Source: Bacteroidota bacterium (GTDB lineage Bacteria; Bacteroidota; Ignavibacteria; UBA10030; BY39). Taken from it: 64,000 nt of DNA. Positions 50,055 through 57,108 of this stretch are shown here, in pieces. The notes beneath the pieces were generated by a model, which saw only the letters and a program-made list of their open reading frames with translations, searched no databases and was not told where the DNA came from. Positions within the stretch are counted from its first letter, which is position 1; each line of letters opens with the position of its first letter. The position numbers and the translations under genes are program-made. The DNA lies in contig JASEGV010000004.1 of NCBI GenBank assembly GCA_030017895.1, positions 8,547 through 72,546 on the forward strand. The letters run 5' to 3'.

Positions 50055-50145
50055 CCGTTTGCCTACGCTGGTATTATCCAGATCAGGTTTAAGGGTTTAT
50101 TCTCAGCCGGCAGCAACAACAACGACTGCCGAGCACCCCTAACGG
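50055..50145 (-). promoter_or_regulatory. TPP (THI-box) riboswitch aptamer
   Basis: Minus strand reads CCGUUAGGGGUGCUCGGCAG...CUGCCGGCUGAGAAUAAACCCUUAAACCUGAUCUGGAUAAUACCAGCGUAGGCAAACGG. It contains the invariant GGGGUGC, CUGAGA, ACCC and ACCUGAUCUGGAUAAUACCAGCGUAGG blocks, and a P1 helix CCGUU/AACGG. Confidence 0.9.
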
Positions 50146-50204
50146 TACGGTGGTAATTTAAAATCTTAATTGCTCAAAAGCAAATAGTGTAATTCAAGTC
50201 TAAC

Positions 50205-50239
50205 AAAAAAAAACCGACTTCCCACTCCGAAGAAATCGG
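50205..50239 (-). terminator. Intrinsic terminator after the DUF1670-like fragment
   Basis: Minus-strand RNA CCGAUUUC-UUCGGAGU-GGGAAGUCGG followed by U9 (A-run 50205-50213 on plus). One pair is G-U on the minus strand but C-A on plus, which supports minus orientation. Confidence 0.7.
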
Positions 50240-50306
50240 CTCGATTGAAATTTGTTCATTGAACCATTATAGTTTACCTACAATAGAGCCAAATGGCACT
50301 TGCTAT

Positions 50307-50654
50307 TTATTGAGTATATTTAGCAGTCGGATGAAAGTTATAGTACAATGTAACATATTCTTTCTCAACTTTCATCGTCCTGCCTGTGATTTCTTTAATT
50401 GCCGATTCATTCATTCCCTTCTTCAACATTTTCTTCACTTGATCATAATGCTTGAGATACCTATCAACCGCACTCTGACTGTGTCCTGTCTTCAATACAA
50501 TATCTGCCGGACTGATCCCTTGCTCATACAGGGCGATGATAATCCCTTTGTGCGTCGGTTGATTTCGAAAAAATAGCTGCATCGGCGCGGGTAGATTTTC
50601 GCAAGATAGAAAAAGACATACGAGATAAAGTAATTGACTCATTGAACGATGCAA
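50307..50654 (-). pseudogene. 5'-truncated DUF1670-like helix-turn-helix gene
   Basis: QPTHKGIIIALYEQGISPADIVLKTGHSQSAVDRYLKHYDQVKKMLKKGMNESAIKEITGRTMKVEKEYVTLY matches only the C-terminal half of DUF1670 proteins as I recall them. The first ~30 codons are antisense to another reading frame, and there is no RBS at either candidate start. Confidence 0.5.
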
Positions 50655-51064
50655 TACCCGCCGATACCGGTTTTTATACGATGAGGCAAAAATTATTGGA
50701 TAAGGGGGTGAACGAGTTGCAGGCGGCTACGCTTGCCAAAGCACACGACAGAGGTAAATGGTTAAACAAGGCAAGCAAAGAGCTGCACCTCGGTAAGAGA
50801 CTGAAATACATGGTTGTAACGGATGGAATTGATTATAAACAAAAAATTAACGAAATTCTAGGTAAACCTGACGCCGATGTTTACCTTTCCGTAGGGAAAA
50901 AAAATATTCAGCGATACATAATAAGAGATGAAGAAACTAAGTGGACGGTTTATGTTGATAAGAACGGTCTTATCCGCACAGCGCTAAGACAGACTTTAAC
51001 AAACAAAAGACGTTCGATTTTTAATAATCTTGGAAAACTAAAAGATTTTATAGGAGATTTTTAA
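50642..51064 (+). CDS. Basic hypothetical protein, probably the C-terminal part of a 5'-truncated gene (candidate toxin tail)
   Basis: The track start is a TTG. The frame stays open upstream to 50543 without an ATG (..VDFRKIEKDIRDKVIDSLNDA..). The protein is K/R-rich, ends ..KDFIGDF, and its stop overlaps the next ATG (TAATG). Confidence 0.4.
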   Translation: MNDAIPADTGFYTMRQKLLDKGVNELQAATLAKAHDRGKWLNKASKELHLGKRLKYMVVTDGIDYKQKINEILGKPDADVYLSVGKKNIQRYIIRDEETKWTVYVDKNGLIRTALRQTLTNKRRSIFNNLGKLKDFIGDF

Positions 51065-51354
51065 TGTACGACCCTATTATAATATGGAAGAATTGTGTGG
51101 GGATGCTCGAGAAGAAGGAATTCACGGACTCTATAGATGACGAGTTTGAATTCGATGGCTACGTAGACTCACGCGCACAGATTTTGGCTAACTGGAATAG
51201 TTACGACGAAGCGACAAAGATTATGATCGAGGATCTGGACGAGAGATTTAAAAAGGCATTGTTCCCCGCGCTTCGCGGGGCAAACCTTTTGGATATTTAC
51301 TTAGAATACGACAGCTCCCAGCCGCCTGAAGAATGGTGGTGGCATTTAGAATGA
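51064..51354 (+). CDS. Small acidic protein ending WWWHLE (cassette 1, candidate immunity protein)
   Basis: 96 aa, D/E-rich. GGAG RBS at 51053-51056. Translationally coupled to the upstream ORF. Confidence 0.55.
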   Translation: MYDPIIIWKNCVGMLEKKEFTDSIDDEFEFDGYVDSRAQILANWNSYDEATKIMIEDLDERFKKALFPALRGANLLDIYLEYDSSQPPEEWWWHLE

Positions 51355-51407
51355 AAATTTTACACCGGATGTTAGTTTATTCAATTCCTCTTCCGACAAT
51401 GATAGAA
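51334..51407. repeat. 74-bp direct repeat, copy 1
   Basis: TGGTGGTGGCATTTAGAATGAAAATTTTACACCGGATGTTAGTTTATTCAATTCCTCTTCCGACAATGATAGAA. It is 71/74 identical to 51784-51857, offset exactly 450 bp (hand alignment). Confidence 0.9.
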
Positions 51408-51504
51408 TCATTCTTTAAATGGGACGCGAAAAAATATCCCGATTTTTTATCGAAGAAAGTTAAACTTAGCGAGACATTGAAATATTATTTAGGAGATTTT
51501 TAAC

Positions 51505-51804
51505 ATGACTTATTATGCAGGATTAAACGATAATAACGCTGTCCATGAGTGGGAGCTGTTTGCCGGGCAGCTTAAAAAAGATAAACTAGAGTGGTATGAA
51601 TACTGGCAAACACTCGATATGCGAGAGTCGTTTGAAAACGGGGAACGCACACTTACAGAAAAACAGTGGGAGATTGTAAAAAAAACTGACGAAATAGTGC
51701 GGGCAAAATTACTCAATGTGTTGATTGAGTTTGAGCGTGTACAAGAATATCGAGATTTGGGTGAACAACGTCCTAAAAAATATTGGTGGTGGCATTTAGA
51801 ATGA
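51505..51804 (+). CDS. Small protein ending WWWHLE (cassette 2, paralog of 51064-51354)
   Basis: 99 aa. The same TAGGAGATTTTTA block lies upstream. Its C-terminal half is alignable to cassette 1 (..EY....P...WWWHLE). Confidence 0.55.
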   Translation: MTYYAGLNDNNAVHEWELFAGQLKKDKLEWYEYWQTLDMRESFENGERTLTEKQWEIVKKTDEIVRAKLLNVLIEFERVQEYRDLGEQRPKKYWWWHLE

Positions 51805-51857
51805 AAATTTTACGCCGGATGTTAGTTTGTTTAATTCCTCTTCCGACAATGATAGAA
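51784..51857. repeat. 74-bp direct repeat, copy 2
   Basis: See copy 1. Here the repeat carries the 3' ends of two convergent genes that overlap by 9 nt. Confidence 0.9.
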
Positions 51858-52185
51858 AAATACGTTTAACCTTATTCCTGCCGGCTCCTCGGTGATGAAA
51901 CCCCGCAAGCTCTGACGCTCGGTTGTCGGTGAATGAGATTGTGACGCTGCCTTCCGCCTCGTTTACATTGGTTACCTTTAAAGCCCGCATCATAGAACCC
52001 GTCCAGTTGAGGGTTACTCGGTCGGATTCTTTTCCGGCAAGCTCCCTTAATCTTTTATATCCGCCTTTTAAAAGTATCCATGTGCTTTGAGCTTTTGTGT
52101 AAACAAAATCATCACCTTCAAGCCTCTTCCAAATTCGCTTTGCTTTGCTGATACCGATTTTTGCTTTCAGCGCTCCTGCCGGCAT
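51796..52185 (-). CDS. Phage virion-morphogenesis (Mu gpG-like) protein homolog
   Basis: ..VTLNWTGSMMRALKV...GSVTISFTD..ASELAGFHHRGAG...KRIFLSLSEEELNKL follows the pattern of Mu G-type virion morphogenesis proteins (L.L.G.L..S....V.IG...YA.IH..G....R.FLGLS). Start set to ATG 52185 instead of TTG 52239. Confidence 0.5.
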   Translation of the reverse strand: MPAGALKAKIGISKAKRIWKRLEGDDFVYTKAQSTWILLKGGYKRLRELAGKESDRVTLNWTGSMMRALKVTNVNEAEGSVTISFTDNRASELAGFHHRGAGRNKVKRIFLSLSEEELNKLTSGVKFSF

Positions 52186-52408
52186 TGGAGTGGGTTTGGG
52201 ATTGAACCTGTGAACAAAGATGAGTAATCGAAAAGGCAATTGTAAATATTAATATTGATGTTTTCATAACGGCTCCTGTTAATTATTTATTATCGACCCA
52301 ACATAATTCAGAAAATTTTAAACTTAATGAAACTAAAAAGATCTACGAGTAATTTAGCAAAATAACTCCTCCTAAAGATTATTTAAAGATTTAACTTTGA
52401 ATTAATTT

Positions 52409-52540
52409 ATTTACTGAAGTTACGCAGAATTGACTTTTTGTCATGTTGAGCGAAGCGAAACATCTAAAAATAGCCTGAATTTGAGGTTTCAGATTCTTCA
52501 CTTCGTTCAGAATGACTCTTTTGCGTAACTTCAGTTATTT
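52409..52540. repeat. Palindromic REP/MITE-like element, copy A
   Basis: Outer arms ACTGAAGTTACGCA (52413-52426) / TGCGTAACTTCAGT (52522-52535). Inner arms GTCATGTTGAGCGAAGCGAAACATCT (52440-52465) / AGATTCTTCACTTCGTTCAGAATGAC (52491-52516). Confidence 0.7.
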
Positions 52541-52838
52541 ATATTAATCTAATTAAAGAAATAATCAGTATGAAAAAATAATTAGCGCGACCTGATATAC
52601 TTCACACTTACATCAAATTAACATTTAAAACTTAAAACTAAATTTTCCTTTGAAACTTCCATTTGACGCGTAGCAGGAAGGTATCCTTAACAGGAAGATT
52701 ATAATTTTTTTTGCCAAATTGTCAAGTATATTTACTGTTTTTTAGATTTTTATTATTGATTGATTTACAGTCATCTTTCCCCCTTTTGTAATTACTCATT
52801 TTTTTTATATATTTTCAATGAATTTTGATGATTTTTAA

Positions 52839-54257
52839 ATGATAAAGCACAAAAAAAGCGATTTTTTAATACCTGCGCTCTCGGTTATCTTCGATATTAT
52901 TGCAATCGAATTGGCATTTCTTTTTTCTTTTTGGATTCGGTTCAACACAAATTTTCTTGAAATGTTCCGGGTTGGTGAAGAAATTCCTTCTTTCAACATC
53001 TATCTAACAAGCTCACTGATAATCATCCCGATATGGTTGATGATTTTAAATTCAAATAAGATGTACGCCCCGCACCGCAATAATCTTTTATCCGATGATT
53101 TTTTTTCAATCCTAAAATCAATTACTCTTGGAATGTTGCTGATAATTGGTTTAGCTTTTTTCTATCGGGAGTTTTCTTTTTCACGCTACGTAGTAGTCGC
53201 TCTCTGGCTATCAGCAATTGGGCTTGTCTTCGGTGGAAGGATATTTATTTATTTAATACGAAAAAAATTATTAAGCAAGGGAAAAGAACTCCGCAATGCA
53301 GTCATCATCGGTAACAACGAAACTGCAAATTCGGTTTATGAAAAACTTATCCTCAATAAAACATACGGTTATAATTTATTGGGATATTTCGCTTCTTCAC
53401 CGGCTCAAAGCAATAATGCCATTTCAAACGGAAAGTATCTTGGAACTATCGAAGATTTGATTCATTCCATCAATAATCATGAAATTGAAGTCGCACTCAT
53501 CACACTTGATTCACAGGATTACCAGCAAATCTATAATATTCTGCATGAAAGTGATGGTATCAACGTTGAGCTGATGTTAGTCCTCGACGTAATTGGATTG
53601 ATGACAAGCAGAATGAATATAAAAGAAATTGAAGGTATTCCATTTATAAAAATAAAAGGTGTACCTATTACTACATGGGGAAGAATTATAAAACGCTTTT
53701 TTGATTTTTTATTTTCCATTTTTGTTTTGATAATTTTTTCTCCCGTAATGATCATAATTTACATTTTAATAAAAGCAGGTTCACGAGGATCTGTTATTTA
53801 CAAACAAGAACGTATGGGATTGAACGGAGAAATATTTAATGTTTATAAATTTAGGACAATGCAGGTGGATGCCGAAAAAGAAACCGGACCGGTATGGGCT
53901 ACACAAGAAGATAAACGGACTACACGTATCGGGAAGATTTTGCGACGAACAAGTTTAGATGAATTACCTCAGTTTATAAATGTGCTGCGTGGCGAAATGA
54001 GTGTAGTCGGTCCCCGCCCTGAGCGACCGTTTTTCGTAAATCAATTCAAAGATAATGTTCCGAAATATTTAGACCGGCATCTCCTCAAGTCAGGAATTAC
54101 CGGTTGGGCACAGGTAAACGGGATGCGTGGACAGGTATCAATAGAAGATAGAACTAAATACGATTTATATTACATTGAAAACTGGTCGTTAGTCCTCGAC
54201 ATTAAGATAATCGTTAAAACAATAAAAGCAGTATTATTTGGGAAAGATGCATATTAA
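52839..54257 (+). CDS. Polyprenyl-phosphate glycosyl-1-phosphate transferase (WbaP/EpsB-type exopolysaccharide priming enzyme)
   Basis: Four or five N-terminal TM segments and a central Rossmann-like domain. The C-terminal bacterial sugar-transferase domain carries KFRTM, DELPQFINVLRGEMSVVGPRP and the YDLYYIENWS motif. Confidence 0.9.
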   Translation: MIKHKKSDFLIPALSVIFDIIAIELAFLFSFWIRFNTNFLEMFRVGEEIPSFNIYLTSSLIIIPIWLMILNSNKMYAPHRNNLLSDDFFSILKSITLGMLLIIGLAFFYREFSFSRYVVVALWLSAIGLVFGGRIFIYLIRKKLLSKGKELRNAVIIGNNETANSVYEKLILNKTYGYNLLGYFASSPAQSNNAISNGKYLGTIEDLIHSINNHEIEVALITLDSQDYQQIYNILHESDGINVELMLVLDVIGLMTSRMNIKEIEGIPFIKIKGVPITTWGRIIKRFFDFLFSIFVLIIFSPVMIIIYILIKAGSRGSVIYKQERMGLNGEIFNVYKFRTMQVDAEKETGPVWATQEDKRTTRIGKILRRTSLDELPQFINVLRGEMSVVGPRPERPFFVNQFKDNVPKYLDRHLLKSGITGWAQVNGMRGQVSIEDRTKYDLYYIENWSLVLDIKIIVKTIKAVLFGKDAY

Positions 54258-54272
54258 AAAGGTGAAATAATT

Positions 54273-54569
54273 ATGGTGGCAGTTTTTGTTTTTTATATAC
54301 ATTTAGTAGCAGCATCAGCAATATTTACGAAGCGTTGGCAGGAATCGGGCAAAGGTGAAGCTTTTCTCGCTGTAGGATTTATGGCTCTGATTTTCGGTGT
54401 CGGCTGGTCGGTTGCAACAGTATTTTTAAAATTCTTCTTTGCTAAAGAAGGATTGAGTGTATGGTTCGACCGCGACCAGATGTCGCTGGCACTACTCACC
54501 GTATTAGAATCGATCTTTTATTATGCGTACATAAAATGGGAGCGAAAAAAAATCAAACCGCAGCATTGA
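54273..54569 (+). CDS. Small membrane protein, unknown function
   Basis: 98 aa with three predicted TM helices. It lies 15 nt after the sugar transferase. Confidence 0.4.
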   Translation: MVAVFVFYIHLVAASAIFTKRWQESGKGEAFLAVGFMALIFGVGWSVATVFLKFFFAKEGLSVWFDRDQMSLALLTVLESIFYYAYIKWERKKIKPQH

Positions 54570-56315
54570 TTATTTTATCATTATTAATTTCTGTACTGAT
54601 TTATAATTGTTACTTTCCATTTTTACATAATAGACTCCACTAGGATATTTGCGCGCATCCCAAACCGCTTCGTAGCTTCCTGCTCTCTGTTCAGAATCTA
54701 CTAACACGACAACTTCCTGACCCAAAATATTATACACACTCAATCGTACTTTTGTATTTCTATCAATATCATATTTTATTTTCGTAGAAGCATTAAAAGG
54801 ATTTGGATAATTTTGATACAATTTAATTTTGCTTGGTAAGCCGTTTTCATTTCTAACCGACACAATAACCGTGTCGGTTGGTTCAAACCCAAACTCACCA
54901 GTGTTCCAGCGGTTTGCATTGCCAACAGGCCATGGAAAACGCTGCTTATCGTACGGTATATCTGTGAACTCCCAGACATATAGATTAATCTGATCTGCAG
55001 TTTTAGTTGCCATAACCATTTCCACAGTTCCATCGTTCTCGAGGTCTGCGAATGCCGGAGTACTAGCTGCTAAACCATTAACTTTAAGCGGCGACCATGC
55101 CATCTGTGTTGCATTGCTACGAGAGGCAAATACATAACCTGTATCATTTTTCGTTATATCGGCATTTGTAAAAAGCACAAATTCTTTATTCTCCAAATCG
55201 TGATATGGAATAGGCACTGAGGGAACTCCTGGAGCGAATGGGCCATTAATCCCCGGCAGTTCGAAAGGAAACATTGGTAATGATGTTCCATCTTCTTCCC
55301 ATGCATATAAATATCCAAATAAACCGCCCGCGATAACTACATCTGATCTGCCTTTGGCAGATTGATTTTTGTAATTTAAAAAAATCGCACTATTATGACC
55401 GAATAAAGGATCCTCAAGTTCTTTAGGCCAACCCTTAATTACTTCACCTAATGGGTTCAATAAATAAAAGTAGCAATTATAAATTTTACGATATATTGAA
55501 GTTCCAAAAGCAATTACTTTATAGTCGTTACCTTGGAATTGGCTGATTGCTCCCAAGGGAACTGAAAACAAAAACTGATCCTTTCTTATAAACGGCCAGC
55601 CCGCTTTAATTGTACCATCTGGCTGATAACATACAATCATAAAATAACTTGTAGTGTCAACCCATTCAGTATATGTAGCCGATACAAAAATTTCTGGGAT
55701 TGAATCAAAATCGACATCTGAAATTTTTGGAACTGACATTCCAAAGTAACCATTTGGAATAGTTTGGGGCCATCCAGGCAATACTTTTCCACGCCAATCT
55801 AAACCATATACTTTGTACCATCTTCTAAAAAAAATTTCTAATTTCCCATCTTTATTTATATCATAAATTGTAGGACCAACCGGGCTGCCACTTTCAGGGT
55901 CTTGAAAAGTTACAGGAAATCCAGGCATGTCGTCGCCATTAGTCCGCCATACATATACCCCACCAAAACCAGGATTACGAGTACTAGATACTGCAATAAT
56001 TTCTTTATAGCCATCACCATCAATATCACCAATCGCTGGTCCTGTAACATTTGAATACGGCAGGTATTTAGGCCAGCCAGGAAAATTTTCACCATTCCTA
56101 CGAATTATATGAATATAATTGCCGCTCGATAGGATTATCTCTAAATATCCATCGTTATCTAAATCATAGAACTGAGCCGAAGGCAGAAATCCGTAATTAC
56201 TCTTTTCTAATTCAATAGGAAAGTTTTGTTTTAATTTTGGCTCAGGTAAATATTGTGTATAAATATTTTGTGAGGTGATAAAAATAAGAATTACCGAAAT
56301 AAATAATTTATTCAT
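54570..56315 (-). CDS. FG-GAP/VCBS repeat protein with T9SS type-A C-terminal sorting domain
   Basis: Repeated DxDxDG motifs (DLDNDGYLEI, GDIDGDGYKEI, YDINKDGKLEI, DLENDGTVEM). C-terminal YQNYPNPFNASTKIKY...GVYYVKM. Confidence 0.8.
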   Translation of the reverse strand: MNKLFISVILIFITSQNIYTQYLPEPKLKQNFPIELEKSNYGFLPSAQFYDLDNDGYLEIILSSGNYIHIIRRNGENFPGWPKYLPYSNVTGPAIGDIDGDGYKEIIAVSSTRNPGFGGVYVWRTNGDDMPGFPVTFQDPESGSPVGPTIYDINKDGKLEIFFRRWYKVYGLDWRGKVLPGWPQTIPNGYFGMSVPKISDVDFDSIPEIFVSATYTEWVDTTSYFMIVCYQPDGTIKAGWPFIRKDQFLFSVPLGAISQFQGNDYKVIAFGTSIYRKIYNCYFYLLNPLGEVIKGWPKELEDPLFGHNSAIFLNYKNQSAKGRSDVVIAGGLFGYLYAWEEDGTSLPMFPFELPGINGPFAPGVPSVPIPYHDLENKEFVLFTNADITKNDTGYVFASRSNATQMAWSPLKVNGLAASTPAFADLENDGTVEMVMATKTADQINLYVWEFTDIPYDKQRFPWPVGNANRWNTGEFGFEPTDTVIVSVRNENGLPSKIKLYQNYPNPFNASTKIKYDIDRNTKVRLSVYNILGQEVVVLVDSEQRAGSYEAVWDARKYPSGVYYVKMESNNYKSVQKLIMIK

Positions 56316-56368
56316 GTTACAATATTCCTTTCAGCAAAAGCTGATAAGTTTATAATTTATCGTACATT

Positions 56369-56396
56369 AATGAGGTGGTTTAAAAGCCACCTCATC
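56369..56396 (-). terminator. Hairpin downstream of the 141-aa secreted-protein gene
   Basis: ATGAGGTGG / CCACCTCAT 9-bp stem (56370-56378 / 56387-56395). The flanking U-tract on the minus strand is weak. Confidence 0.45.
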
Positions 56397-56410
56397 ATTA
56401 TACTTTTTAA

Positions 56411-56836
56411 CTAACACGGTATTGCTGTTGCCGTAAGTTCAACTGGCACCCAACCTGTCGGAGCAGGTTTAACTGTTTGACTGCCGCATGGAACGGTAAC
56501 CATTATAGTATAGTTTAGACGGTTCCCAGCGGGATCGTGTGTAGGCATACCAACCATATCTAATATACCGTAATATTGACCAGGTTCTCTTATCCATGCC
56601 CTTCCATCCCTACTATGAGTTGTACCATTAATTGTAGTATATGCGACTACACTGATGAAATCTTTGCAATAAGCCACCGGTGGCTTGTCTGTACACGTAA
56701 TATAAAGTACATAAGCACGAGGTACATCTGGATCTCCGTCATCAGGCGGAATTGGCTGTATAGCGTTTGGCTCTTGTGAAAATGCAAATGATAGACTAAT
56801 TAATAGTAATCCTATTAATATCATTATATTTTTCAT
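56411..56836 (-). CDS. Small secreted cysteine-containing protein, unknown function
   Basis: Start set to ATG 56836 (MKNIMILIGLLL..), preceded by GGAGA. It has a signal peptide, 4 Cys in the mature part, and a C-terminal Cys. Confidence 0.5.
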   Translation of the reverse strand: MKNIMILIGLLLISLSFAFSQEPNAIQPIPPDDGDPDVPRAYVLYITCTDKPPVAYCKDFISVVAYTTINGTTHSRDGRAWIREPGQYYGILDMVGMPTHDPAGNRLNYTIMVTVPCGSQTVKPAPTGWVPVELTATAIPC

Positions 56837-56940
56837 TAATTCTCCACTATTTTTGTTTAACATTCGTTAATTAATTTTTTGAATTACCTGGTTAACCGGG
56901 GGGCGACCTTGCATGATAATAAAATCCAATTCTATTAAAA

Positions 56941-56978
56941 TCAAAATCCCCAATTAATTTTGCGATACTAATTGGGGA
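56941..56978 (-). terminator. Intrinsic terminator of the SPOR-protein gene
   Basis: TCCCCAATTA (56947-56956) / TAATTGGGGA (56969-56978) is a perfect 10-bp stem. On the minus strand UUUUGAUUUU follows. Confidence 0.8.
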
Positions 56979-56999
56979 TAAGTCGTTATTTACATTTAC

Positions 57000-57045
<46 letters not shown>

Positions 57046-57108
57046 TCATAAAACCCTACCTAATATAAAATGTTTCAAACTATTGTCAAGTATTTTAAAC
57101 ACTTTAGC

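Noticed and set aside
50259-50576. 105-aa plus-strand ORF overlapping the DUF1670-like fragment.
   Set aside because: It is antisense to the part of the minus-strand ORF that carries clear family similarity. Its translation is Cys/Phe/Leu-rich with no motifs.
51333-51503. The 56-codon plus-strand ORF (MVVAFRMKILHRMLVYSIPLPTMIESFFKWDAKKYPDFLSKKVKLSETLKYYLGDF) as a genuine independent gene.
   Set aside because: Its first half is just an alternative frame of the 74-bp repeat, which also encodes WWWHLE and, on the other strand, the phage-like gene end. Only its last ~31 codons resemble the tail of the upstream 140-aa ORF. I treat it as a tail remnant within the cassette finding.
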